Below are positions 34,616-45,190 of a stretch of DNA of 64,000 nt, piece by piece. Source of the stretch: Corallochytrium limacisporum Hawaii (Eukaryota > Protista > Pluriformea). Location: the NCBI GenBank assembly GCA_002811645.1, contig PDIP01000067.1, positions 178,550-242,549 of the forward strand. The letters are read 5' to 3'. Each line of letters begins with the position of its first letter. Within the stretch, counting starts at the first letter, position 1. The position numbers and the translations under genes were made by a program. Below the pieces are notes generated by a model. That model did no database searches and was not told where the DNA came from. It saw only the letters and a program-made list of their open reading frames with translations.

Positions 34616-37600
34616 TTATGCAACGGCAGATGTTGTTTGGATAGCTGCCTTCTGCATCCTGGCCGCGGCCGCTGATGTGGAGGCGTACTGGAAAGTCTCA
34701 TAGCCAACAAAGCGGAAGCGGTTCCATTTCAGGATCTGGTCGACCTTCTGATGGCAGTATGTCAGAACATCGCGTAGACCGGTCTTTTTGGCCATGATCT
34801 CGGCTTGGATGCGATGTCTGGGGTCGCCAAGCTCAGACAGGCTCGCCTCGATATCTGTGAGATACAAAAAGTAGCGCAGCTGGTTGTACAAGCGGAAGCT
34901 GGAGTATTCCCAGGAGATCGTACCGAAGCATCCGGGAACTATACAGGTTCCCGGCTTAATGCTGACCTGGCGCGTGCGGTGGCTGCAACTTGGTTCGTCA
35001 CAGACCATCCATCCCTCTCCGTAGGCCTTGTAGTGGCGACGAATCTCACTGTTGAGCACGTTGATCACGTAGGTGTCCTCAAAGGTGGTGTCACACTGGT
35101 CATTGTTGCATGTCAGACCGTGCTGCAGCGCACCGGTGGTTTGGGATGTGCGGAAAGCACCCTTGAACTCAGTGATTTCCTGGCAAGTGTTGCAACGCAG
35201 GAAGACTTTGTCGACATCCTTGAAACGCTCCGCAGCGCTGAGGACGGCGCGTGCTTCGCTGCCCTCCTCACGCTGGTATGCATGCAGAAACTGCTTGGAA
35301 TCCAGACCGAGACATTCAGCCACCTGACCGGCGTCCGTGCCCGCAATGGGTTCAACCAAACGGGACACCACAGCATGCAGTTGCTGCTTGAGATAGTATT
35401 GTTGATCGATGTGGAGGCCAAGCTTCTTGACCTCAGAGGGATGGTAGGCCCGCAGGGCGGCGCTCTGCTTCGTCTGCTCCGCGGTGTCTGCCGCATTCGG
35501 GTCCTCTCCCACGGCGGTTGTGCAGATAATGTACTCAATAGCATCACCCGCACGCTTGTGCTCACCGCGGCTCTTCATGCGCAAAGCAACCTGCACATGG
35601 GGCATCGACCGAGCATCTGGGTACATATCTGGAGATTTAGTCAACGACTTAGTGATGACATACCGGTCGAGCGGAATGCGGTCCTCGGCGACATCGTTTC
35701 CGACCTTGCGCAGGTAGGCATGAATCTCGTCGACTAGGGACTCCCTGTCCTGCGCGGTCAAAATCTGATCCAAAACATTGCCACCTACATTGACAGCAAT
35801 ACCGGACCAATCACGACGCACGATATCAATACCCTTGACCTCACGTTCTGTAGTAAGACGGTGTTCCTTGGTTTCAGGATCCACACCCTTATCCACAAGC
35901 TTCAAGGCGGCGTACTTCTTCTTCTTCAGCAAAAGCATGGTTTTGAAGACACCATCTATATCAATCTCCAGTTTCTTATGGCGCTTGTTGATCAGCTTCT
36001 TCAGCTCCTGTCCCATACTCATGGTTTTTGCATAGTCGGTGATCTGAGTGTTGATCATAATTGAGTCAGTATCCCCATAGATGACCGACAGATTGAGCTC
36101 GCTCTCTGCCACGTTTACAGTTTGCTGCAGCAGCTCACGACCCATTTGAGTAATGACCTCCGCCAGAGGCTTGGCATAGAAACGGGCATGACCGAAACCA
36201 AGACAGCCATACATGGAGTTGCACATAATCTTCAAGGCATATTGACGAACATCGAGCTGACTAAGCTTCAGAGGGTCATTCTCTCCCTTCATCATCCTCT
36301 TGACCTCCCGACGACGAGAGACAAGATACTCCAGCACACTAGGCAGGACACCGACATCCACATTAGAAGCAGGTAGCTTTACTTTAAGCGCGTCGGGGTC
36401 GCCATCAGCTGCTTCCTCCGCAAGACGCACAGCCTCCTCTCCTTTGGGACGCTCTACGGTGGTGAAGCAAATGTTGAACTCTTGGATAATGGACGGGTAT
36501 AGCGAGTTGAAATCGAGCAGCAGGATGAACGTGTTATAGAAACCTTTCTTTGGCTCCAAGACCAACCCACCAGAGTACTGAGGCTTCTTTCTTCCAGCGC
36601 TTTGGCCCTTTGCCTTGGCACGAGATCCACCATCATCCTTTTTGTCATCCTTCTTGCCAAAAAATTTGTCGGGCACAATATAGTTACGACGATGGAACTC
36701 GTGCAGCAACATCCACTCGTTACGCTCGGCACGACCACCGGTGAGGGTTCTGGACCAAATGTTACCGGCCAGAGTGGTGAGCTGGCGCGACAGAGGAATT
36801 ATCTGCAACTTGTTTGCCAGTAGGAAATTGATCGTCGCGTCTTGATCAGCGTACCTAGCGAGATTAATCACGGCTTGCGCTGAAGCATATAAGTTACCTA
36901 TGTTATCCAACGGAATCGACTGGCGGCGTACGCCAAGCTCTACGGAAGCCAATTCCATCATGCTGTAGGTTTTCAAACGAGTTGAGACCTCCCTCGAGAA
37001 CTCGTATGTGTCCACCAAGAGGCGACCGGCCATGACCTGCTTGGCTCCCCATTTGGCCTCACCACCACCGGTGGTGGAAAGGTGAGGCATCTTGGACACC
37101 TGAAGACGACCCAGCCTGCTCCAGAAGGACACGTTGTGATGCTTCATTCTATGGAGGAGAACATCCAAAGTGAAGCCAAAGAAATTGTGAGCAATGATCA
37201 CATCAGGGTCAACACATTGAATATTTGCCACCAGATGGGACAGCAGGGCGGACTCCCTATTGCAGACTTGAACGGTAGAGCCCATTCGCTGACGTTCCAG
37301 CTGCTCCTTGAGATCCGATGGGAATTGCTGGCCAGCAGGACGGGATACTAAGGCAAACCTACTGAATCCATTGGTCAAATTCTGCATGGTACCGTCTATG
37401 CTTACTTCGTCATGAACAACCCCCGCAACGGCGAGGACCTCGTGAGCATGGCTTTTGGGATCATGACGACTCACAACATTCAAGCTCACCACATTCAGTG
37501 GAGGCGGGGGAGGGCACGCATCCGGGTCGATCTTTGAAATGGTACCGTTACTATAAGTCGGTATGGTGCATTCGAATTTGCTGTAGCCAAACTTCGATGG

Positions 37601-39172
37601 CACTGGAGTGGGATTCTTAATCTCGAGGTAGCACGGGCCCATCAAGTCCAGGTCCATGACCAATCGCTCTGTCAAGGCCGTGTTGGTACCGAATACATGG
37701 CTAAAGGTCTCGAAGGTACGATTGGGATCAATTGTATAGCTGTCTCCACTAACTTGAACCTCGAGGTACTCGCCCTCGGCCGGTACACCAGGAAGTTCGA
37801 ATGCATACTTCTTGGACACAGCCTTGAATCGGATTTTCGTTTGCTGTCTGGACAAAATGCCTTCGATTTCTTCCTTCACATCTTCGATGGTGACAGGGTC
37901 ATCTGTACTACTGTTCTTGCGCACATCAAAGCGATGCTTACGGGGCAGGAGGTAGAGCCGTCTACCAGGATCTTCCACCCGCACACAGCAGCTTGACCAA
38001 CCATCCTTGCTCTCATCAAAGACTTTACCGAACAGGTAAACGTAACCCATGTTTTCATGGGCATCAAGCCAAAACATGCACAACGTCTTTGATCCATCCT
38101 CGTTGGGGAGCAAAAGGTCTTTGAAGGCACTATTTGCTTTAGTCCTTTTTGGATCACCATCATCCATGGACAGTGTCTTACGGATTTCCTGTGTTCCTTC
38201 ACCCGCACCCACCGCATTCAGCTGACGCTCAACGTTGCTGAAAGCATCGGACTGTTCAACGGGTCGTCCATCATACATTGCGGGCTTCTTTTCTACGGTG
38301 CCAGCACCGGCAAGAGCAAATGTAGCCTTACTTACAGCCTGTTTCGGAGGCACAGTTTCATCACGGACCTTAAACGCGGTCTTCTGCTTCTCTACAGGTG
38401 CCTTGCGCACTGTGATAGTCGAGCTAGACTCTGCGACTGCGGGCTTCGTGTCCGCGATATCCATGGTGTCCCCAGTTTCAGTCAATTGCTGGCGTGCAGC
38501 AGCCGACTTCTCTCCTTCAACATCAACAGCCATAGCGATTTCCGCAGATACCGCGGTTACCGCGGTAGTCTGTTGCTGAGGAATTGTCTCCGTTGGCATA
38601 AGAATATGCTCAACTGCTTCATTGGTGACCTCTGCTACCGGAGCCGCCTCGTCCGCGACGTCACCGTCGGCCTCAGCCTCTAGGTTGCTCAGAAAATTAC
38701 TCAGCACTTCAGTGCCTGTAGCAACAGGAGCAGGTCCTCGGGAAGAATCATTGCCTATGTCAGGTGCTGCAGTGGAAGCGAGCCTGTTGGAGGCGTTCAT
38801 GAAGGCAGTCGAGATTCGCTGACTCAAAGGTGCCTTCTCGTCCTGTAATTTAGCCTTGGGACCCCTTGGTTTCTTCATCCCGTCGTTTTTCTTGCGACGA
38901 GGGCCGCGTTCTTCTTCAGCTTCTTCGTAGTCAGCGTACTGATGTTCTTCGTCAAACCATTCTTTGTTGCCATCGTGGCGATACCCATACTCCCCGTCCT
39001 CGTCAACCACAAAGTCATTAGCCTCTTCCACATACTGAGCGTATTGATCCTCGTCAACATATTCGTAAGCATCCTCATCGTCCTTTTCAATTTCAGCGAG
39101 GCGGCGTTTTGCCTCAGAATCTCCTGCTTTGGCCTGCCGGAGAAGCTCCAGCTTCTCCTTCGCCGAAACCAT
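34616..39172 (-). CDS. POLA1: DNA polymerase alpha catalytic subunit
   Basis: FVVDEDGEYGY, FWLDAHE, GGRAERNEWMLLHEF, YSGGLVLEPKKG, LLLDFNSLYPSIIQE, KIMCNSMYGCLG, YGDTDS and C-terminal Zn fingers. Confidence 0.98.
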   Translation of the reverse strand: MVSAKEKLELLRQAKAGDSEAKRRLAEIEKDDEDAYEYVDEDQYAQYVEEANDFVVDEDGEYGYRHDGNKEWFDEEHQYADYEEAEEERGPRRKKNDGMKKPRGPKAKLQDEKAPLSQRISTAFMNASNRLASTAAPDIGNDSSRGPAPVATGTEVLSNFLSNLEAEADGDVADEAAPVAEVTNEAVEHILMPTETIPQQQTTAVTAVSAEIAMAVDVEGEKSAAARQQLTETGDTMDIADTKPAVAESSSTITVRKAPVEKQKTAFKVRDETVPPKQAVSKATFALAGAGTVEKKPAMYDGRPVEQSDAFSNVERQLNAVGAGEGTQEIRKTLSMDDGDPKRTKANSAFKDLLLPNEDGSKTLCMFWLDAHENMGYVYLFGKVFDESKDGWSSCCVRVEDPGRRLYLLPRKHRFDVRKNSSTDDPVTIEDVKEEIEGILSRQQTKIRFKAVSKKYAFELPGVPAEGEYLEVQVSGDSYTIDPNRTFETFSHVFGTNTALTERLVMDLDLMGPCYLEIKNPTPVPSKFGYSKFECTIPTYSNGTISKIDPDACPPPPPLNVVSLNVVSRHDPKSHAHEVLAVAGVVHDEVSIDGTMQNLTNGFSRFALVSRPAGQQFPSDLKEQLERQRMGSTVQVCNRESALLSHLVANIQCVDPDVIIAHNFFGFTLDVLLHRMKHHNVSFWSRLGRLQVSKMPHLSTTGGGEAKWGAKQVMAGRLLVDTYEFSREVSTRLKTYSMMELASVELGVRRQSIPLDNIGNLYASAQAVINLARYADQDATINFLLANKLQIIPLSRQLTTLAGNIWSRTLTGGRAERNEWMLLHEFHRRNYIVPDKFFGKKDDKKDDGGSRAKAKGQSAGRKKPQYSGGLVLEPKKGFYNTFILLLDFNSLYPSIIQEFNICFTTVERPKGEEAVRLAEEAADGDPDALKVKLPASNVDVGVLPSVLEYLVSRRREVKRMMKGENDPLKLSQLDVRQYALKIMCNSMYGCLGFGHARFYAKPLAEVITQMGRELLQQTVNVAESELNLSVIYGDTDSIMINTQITDYAKTMSMGQELKKLINKRHKKLEIDIDGVFKTMLLLKKKKYAALKLVDKGVDPETKEHRLTTEREVKGIDIVRRDWSGIAVNVGGNVLDQILTAQDRESLVDEIHAYLRKVGNDVAEDRIPLDRYVITKSLTKSPDMYPDARSMPHVQVALRMKSRGEHKRAGDAIEYIICTTAVGEDPNAADTAEQTKQSAALRAYHPSEVKKLGLHIDQQYYLKQQLHAVVSRLVEPIAGTDAGQVAECLGLDSKQFLHAYQREEGSEARAVLSAAERFKDVDKVFLRCNTCQEITEFKGAFRTSQTTGALQHGLTCNNDQCDTTFEDTYVINVLNSEIRRHYKAYGEGWMVCDEPSCSHRTRQVSIKPGTCIVPGCFGTISWEYSSFRLYNQLRYFLYLTDIEASLSELGDPRHRIQAEIMAKKTGLRDVLTYCHQKVDQILKWNRFRFVGYETFQYASTSAAAARMQKAAIQTTSAVA

Positions 39173-39426
39173 AGCGTTCTCTATATATTCCTCGGTCTGT
39201 ACAGGTCCGCCTATATCCTTTAGGATTGCGCTTACATGTCACTGACCCTAGTGGAGAAGTTCCTATATAGTATTTTCTTATGTACCCTTTAGTTGCCGCC
39301 CATGCTAACGCGACAAAAACAAGTCTTGACGAAGACATCACGGGAACTACACCTTTTGTGCTCACCCGCCCAAACTTGCAAGTTTGCAGCTCCAAGGGGA
39401 CTCTCGCGGATCCTTAGCTTTGGATT

Positions 39427-39434
39427 TTTCGCGC
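39427..39434. promoter_or_regulatory. E2F consensus site TTTCGCGC upstream of POLA1
   Basis: Perfect match 255 bp from the POLA1 ATG. Confidence 0.6.
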
Positions 39435-39955
39435 TCGAAAGTTTTGCACCGCCGTCGACTGGGAGGGTATTGATTCCCAGTTTCAGACCGCCTCACATTT
39501 TGCGGTTCATTGTCTATTGAACACTGGCAAATCGCATTGATTTTTGGCTTGTGAAAATTGAATCAGCTGGCCTATTATGAACGCACGAGAAAGAGTGTGG
39601 ACGAGTTTGATTTAGGTAGTTGCAATCGAATCAACTGTGATGCGAAAGGCAATCTGCTCTACGGTGTAGTCTTGGTGCCCCGAGTCTCTCAGCACGGGGG
39701 GAGAATGAAGGTGCAAACCTCCGATCGCCCCGCGGGGAGGGGGAGAGGTGCGAGGCTCACGGTCTATCTTTGTCAGACGTAGAGCTACTTTAACGCCGTT
39801 GGATATGTGAACAAAGAATCAGATGCCATAAGACAGGCAGCGGATGCATGTCGAATCATTCAACGAGTTCAGCCTGCAAACGCTGGTCTACATCCTGGAC
39901 GATGTAACGAGAAAACTGATCCGTCATACTTAGAAACAGATCAAACCAACGCGTC

Positions 39956-40914
39956 ATGGCATTGGAATTCTGCAAGGGACTGGGCACGACTCTGAACGCT
40001 GATATCCTTATTGATGAGACATTTCAAGAGCACCATAATGAGGATTCGAAGTCCTGGATCAGCGTCAAGGCCGGGGTCCAGGGGGGCCAGGACTACTACG
40101 AGGTCGCCGTTCAGGAGATGCTCGCGACCTGAAGAGGTCTCTGACTGGTCGGGTTTCCTCAAGGCTATATACACTGTCCATGAAGGACGTAATTGACAAG
40201 AGAGGCGAGCAAATTTATGTAGCCGAAGTCAACAGACTCTCACGGACAGAATTCAAGGTGACGAGGAAAGGTACGGAAGATCAAATTATGAAAGATGGCG
40301 AAGGTATCATTGCGCAAGAGGAGCCTGTGACTCCTCTCATCACAGCCGTGGGTGATGTGATACTACAACGACTGTTGATCAAACAGATTTTCACCAAAGA
40401 CGAAGAAATCTTTAATTTCAAGGCGTGGAATGTGCGGCCAGTGACTCTGGGTCCATAATTCGTCGTGAGAAGAGGAGCGATGATGCCCACAATATGGTCT
40501 CTACCAAATTGTGGGGTATTGCTGGAAGTGACAGATGCTGAAGACGCTGTGTATGGCAAGTCTGCTCTAAGCCGGAACACTGTTGTCCAAGAGAACGGCG
40601 AGGTAAGTTCTGTTGCCACGAAGGTGGCTGAGGTCAGCGTCAATGATTCCACAGCTGTGCCTGCAGCAACGTCCAAGAAGACCGATCTCGTTTCCCTGAG
40701 CGAAGTTCCTGATGCCTGGGTCGAAGATCTGGAACTGCTGAGTCGTTTCGTAGACAAACGCACTGCTTTAAAGCTTGACCATTTGGGCTATCTTCAAGGG
40801 CATCCCGAAGTCAACCAAATGCTCGCCGACTTCACTGAACTAGTCTTATTGAAGAGGCCGCAAAATGTCATAATGTTTGCAGCGGACTACTTCAGCAGGC
40901 TGTCATCTACATGA
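39956..40914 (+). pseudogene. CATIP: Disrupted CATIP (ciliogenesis-associated TTC17-interacting protein) homologue
   Basis: ATG 39956 frame MALEFCKGLG...IDETF ends at TGA 40130-40132. Homology continues in another frame (SLTGRVSSRLYTL...LITAVGDVILQRLL), meets an in-frame TAA at 40456-40458, then gives the RIIa-like C-terminus WVEDLELLSRFVDKR...YLQGHPEVNQMLADFTELVLLKRPQNVIMFAADYF. Confidence 0.7.
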
Positions 40915-41102
40915 TCTAGTATCGACTCCGATCACAAACCTATTACCTTTACCCTCCGATTCCACTCTGTGTTTTAATTGCTTGATTGCATGTTGCATGT
41001 ATTACTGTTTATGTTTGTGTGTGTTTGGATACAGAAGCTGCAACCAGTGACGTATTGCAAGTGGAAGACTAGATGTTTGAAAAGGTTACGAAGCTAAGGG
41101 AC

Positions 41103-41813
41103 TTACTTCATGTTCTCCAGCTGCTTAATGCACAGCTCAAGGTTCTCTTCTTCAATCTTGGGGGTCATTCCCTTGCGGACAGCATCCTCTACGTAGGCGA
41201 CAAGCTCATCTTGCTCCTTTCGTGCCTCACTCTTCTCGGTTTCGATAAGGAAATCGAGGTACTTGACGGCCTGGTTACGGTACTCGTGCTTGCTAAGGCG
41301 CACAGCCAATTCAGCAGCCATCTCATTGGCGTCCTGAGCAATCTGGTACGAGTCCTTGGTCAGCTCCTCGGCGGCGACGTTGTACTGGAGAGATTCGATC
41401 TGCTCCTTGATACCGTCAACAGCAGCAAAGCGAGCCTGGGACAGCTCGTTCTCGATGTCGGCAGCACGAGTGGTAAAGAACTCCCGAATACCGTCTCCCG
41501 CCTTGCTGTACACAAGGTAAACGAAAGCACCGAAGCAACCCAGTACCACGGTCTCAGAGTGGAGAATCAGAATCTCCTTGGAGAAGAGGTACACACCCAG
41601 AGCGCCACTGAAGAGAATACCGCCGGTCTGACCAGTCTTCTGTGACATAACATTGTTGATAGATCCGAAAAGACCACTGCTCTGGTTACGCTGAGGCACC
41701 TGAGTACGGAAGTTGCGAGCCGCCAAGATGGCCGTGGGTTTGATTGCCTGATTCGCCACCGCGAAGCGAGGGGCCATTACGGCTGTCCGAGTAAACAAGT
41801 TGCGAGCCAGCAT
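41103..41813 (-). CDS. ATP5PB: Mitochondrial ATP synthase peripheral stalk subunit b
   Basis: Arg/Ala-rich presequence; KTGQTGGILFSGALGVYLFSKEILILHSETVV; C-terminal EEENLELCIKQL. Confidence 0.93.
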   Translation of the reverse strand: MLARNLFTRTAVMAPRFAVANQAIKPTAILAARNFRTQVPQRNQSSGLFGSINNVMSQKTGQTGGILFSGALGVYLFSKEILILHSETVVLGCFGAFVYLVYSKAGDGIREFFTTRAADIENELSQARFAAVDGIKEQIESLQYNVAAEELTKDSYQIAQDANEMAAELAVRLSKHEYRNQAVKYLDFLIETEKSEARKEQDELVAYVEDAVRKGMTPKIEEENLELCIKQLENMK

Positions 41814-42736
41814 GTTTCCTCAAGTGTTAAACTAGTTGGGTATCCCTATGATCCCGCAAAACAACTAAAACCAGACTGTAAGTATTCCCGGAACCCGGTT
41901 GAATGCACTCCAGTCAATGCTGTATCTTTTATTGCTGGTTGAACTCAATCATAGTACACTTGTTCACTTGATGTACCTCCATATTGACACTTGACAGACG
42001 GCATCTTGCCATAATCTTCATCCATAATCCATCCTGTTCATAAGTGTTCGACAGTTTTTGTAATCAAAGTTACGGCGGGAAAAGCTAACCCAGAAAGTGG
42101 GAAGAGAAGCGCAAATGACACGTCCAGTTGGAGCCATTAGTCCTCGATCTCTCCCTTGGGAACCCCGTGAACCTGCTACCCCGTGAGCGGACTCACTCAC
42201 ACACAGCCAGTCCCCCTGTTTTTTCCACGCGGCCGAGAAGCGGTTGCGTGAGTACTGGAACTGTTTTGCCGGAATCGGGACTTGGCAAACCGGGACCACC
42301 TGTAAGTACTGAAACTACCGCGAAAGGGGAGACCCGCTGGGTGTGAATTCCGTTTCAGGGCTCAATAATGAATGAACCCGAAATAGAGGTGGTCTCGAGA
42401 CCAATCCCTCTTGGCTTTGGGCAGCGGGTGGCTTGATACGTACACGCAAAGTTCTGCGGTTGGTTTTGGTAGTGATTATATGGAGAATTGGAACGGAGCG
42501 CTATAGGCGTGCGGAGCTCAGCAAAGGTTGTTACCAGTTGGCCCGCAATTTTTTGTTTTTGTTTTGTTTATGTATTGGTATTCGACAAATAAAATGCGAA
42601 TCAGATTTATCGATATTTTCATCGCGGAAATGGGACTCCTGGTAGGCCCGCGACTAGAGACCGGTATACGGGCGGCTTTCACCAAGCGCGATGGGGAAGA
42701 GACAATGCAAATACACATGTTAAATGATACGATATT

Positions 42737-44443
42737 CTATTCTGTATAGTAATCGGCGAGATACTGTGTCACGTCAACACGGAGCTCACAGCCGATGGCT
42801 TTGACAAGGTCAAGCGAAGCAAGGCACTTGAACTTGGGGTTGTCGATATCATCAAAGCGCCCAACTTTGGCAAGGAAACGCAGACTGATCAAAGTCTGGA
42901 CCTGGATTAGCACATCAGACGGATTTGTAGTCTGGTCCTGAGGTGCAAGAGAGTGGAAAATCGCCATGAGTCGATTGGCAGGGAACATCTTGGGACCCAA
43001 CAGCGTTTGTCGAGTGCGTTCCTTGGCCTTCATGGTCGCCTTTGTCTGTCGCTTCTTGCGTTCGGCTGGGTTACTGCGGGCGACGAAGAAACGTCTGTCC
43101 ATTTTGGCAGGGTTGAAACTGCATATGAATGAAGCGAGTAAGAGGTACTTTGCCATGAGGGGCAGCTCCAGCTCCCTTGCCATTTCCCGCGAGCTGCCAC
43201 GTGTGGTCATGGCCTGTTTACCACTGTTGGTCATGAGGGAGCGCAGTGCTTGTGATTTTTGCTCATCAAGCTGTCCCAAAGTATCTCCGAAGTGTGCCAA
43301 GTTCTCTTCAGCGTCAATGTCTTCAGTCTCCATTCTCTTCTCGAGCTCTGTTAAGCGCTCTTCTTCCTGCCTGATGCGCCTGTTAATGGATGACATGGTC
43401 CTCTGGTACTGTCCGTAAAGCGCGTTCCATTCTACGGTGCTTAATTCACGAAGATGAAGTCGATGCAAGACCTCACGAATAAAGGGCGAGATGTACTGGT
43501 AAAGTTTTGATGCATCCGACTGATCCACTTCCCCACGTCGCACTGGTCCGATGAATACGGGCCAAAGCTGCCTCGCCGCATGCCTCCATTCACGTAGATC
43601 ACCGCAAAAGATGTGAAGGGAGTTCCGCAAAATATTGACAAAGATGCGCCACGGTAGCTGATATTCTGCATCAGGGCACTCGGACACGAGGATCTCTGCT
43701 TTGGTCGAGTGTGCAAGACCACGGAAGAAAAAGATGTATGGCTCGACGAAAGTGTTCCGCCGACCTGACAAATGAATTCCACGCACTAAATCCCAAGCCC
43801 AACTGCTGATGGCAACTACGCTCACTTTCACAGGAACACCCTGTAAGTCATGTTCTATAGTGCTCTGTGATGCTGTCACTTCACTAACACAGACCAGCCG
43901 GTCAGCGTAGTACGTTCCTACCATTTCTGAAAGACGGCTAAGGTATGTAAGCGCCTGCTGTGCGCTACTATTGTGCTGAGCGCACTGCTCTGCGGATCGA
44001 AGCACAATGAACACACGTGGAGTCGGTAAGCAGCAACCACAAGTGCTGAGAATCTCCAGAATTTTGAACTTCTGTTGACCATTCTGGCAGCTGTTTGAGA
44101 AAATATCACGGTGGTGATTTGCTCTAGGGCAGTGTTCCCGAATGTTCTCCTTCAGTAGAGCACCCAGTTGTCTTGCCATCGATCCCCATGCATAGCTAGT
44201 ACGACTGACCAAAGAAAAGTCCAGGCAATCTAGGGTGATCACAGTGTTCTGTAACTCGTTATCCGGTCCCTTTACGACTCGGTTCAACGTCTCGAAGCGA
44301 AGGGAAGAATCCGGGCCCTGCAACCACAAGAAAGGTGCCCCTGCAAAATGTGGGTCACATGGCCGTAGCAAACAGTTCAAAGCCTCCGTCTCCTTCTGTC
44401 TGTATAAGTCAACCAGCTTGGCTGACGTTGTGCTGGTGATCAT
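42737..44443 (-). CDS. ORC5: Origin recognition complex subunit 5
   Basis: CGDLREWRHAARQLWPVFIGPV and ORC5_C motifs LPLMAKYLLLASFICSFNPAKMDRRFF, LLGPKMFPANRLMAIF and QVQTLISLRFL. Confidence 0.92.
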   Translation of the reverse strand: MITSTTSAKLVDLYRQKETEALNCLLRPCDPHFAGAPFLWLQGPDSSLRFETLNRVVKGPDNELQNTVITLDCLDFSLVSRTSYAWGSMARQLGALLKENIREHCPRANHHRDIFSNSCQNGQQKFKILEILSTCGCCLPTPRVFIVLRSAEQCAQHNSSAQQALTYLSRLSEMVGTYYADRLVCVSEVTASQSTIEHDLQGVPVKVSVVAISSWAWDLVRGIHLSGRRNTFVEPYIFFFRGLAHSTKAEILVSECPDAEYQLPWRIFVNILRNSLHIFCGDLREWRHAARQLWPVFIGPVRRGEVDQSDASKLYQYISPFIREVLHRLHLRELSTVEWNALYGQYQRTMSSINRRIRQEEERLTELEKRMETEDIDAEENLAHFGDTLGQLDEQKSQALRSLMTNSGKQAMTTRGSSREMARELELPLMAKYLLLASFICSFNPAKMDRRFFVARSNPAERKKRQTKATMKAKERTRQTLLGPKMFPANRLMAIFHSLAPQDQTTNPSDVLIQVQTLISLRFLAKVGRFDDIDNPKFKCLASLDLVKAIGCELRVDVTQYLADYYTE

Positions 44444-44699
44444 GATTCTGCCTTCTCGAGTATCTTACAGACAGCCGCAGCATCCGGATCTGTACGGGTT
44501 CAATCCAACTAGCATCTCAGCAAATCTCAAGTATGTGGTAGGTGCATAAATCTGTACACCCCTCTGGGCGTCTTTAAGGAAAGGATCTTACGTTTGCTTT
44601 GTAATTGAAGGTAGCGAAAGAGTCCTCGAGTGGCAGGAGCTCACCTTGGCTCCTTGAGACCCCCTTTAGCTTATCCGTGCTGAGAGCTACTCCCGAAGT

Positions 44700-44712
44700 T
44701 TTCGCGCGCGAA
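44700..44712. promoter_or_regulatory. E2F consensus site within palindrome TTCGCGCGCGAA upstream of ORC5
   Basis: TTTCGCGC at 44700-44707, 257 bp from the ORC5 ATG. Confidence 0.6.
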
Positions 44713-45190
44713 GAGGAAGCAATTGGGGGCCGATTTTCCAAAGGGTTCAGGGACAAAGGTGAGGGGCACGTGTCGGTTGCCGGCAGAGACCGGTGCGAGT
44801 CTCGCAAAATCCATTGAGCCGGCGGAGTCAAATTTCTTCGGCCCCCCCATCACAGCGGACCCCACGAGCACCAAGGGCCGTTTTAGTGCGCTAAGTGGGT
44901 CTCCACCCGCCCTTGGCCTCTCATAAGGACCCAAGCGCGTGTGCATGTGAGCATACTTTGAGGCCTCTCCGTAAGATGGGTGAACCAGCTAGCTATTTGA
45001 AAGGGAACACTGGATTGAGATCTTGGCAGATGAGTAAATAAGAATGGTGCGAAGGTACATGATTGTAATTGAGGTGAAGATCAATACGGATGTCAGGAAC
45101 GTTGCTGATGGCATAGGAAACTTAGGGAAGGGCACGGCCCTGTAACACATCAAATTAAAGAATCTTTGTAACACATACACTACTTTGGAA

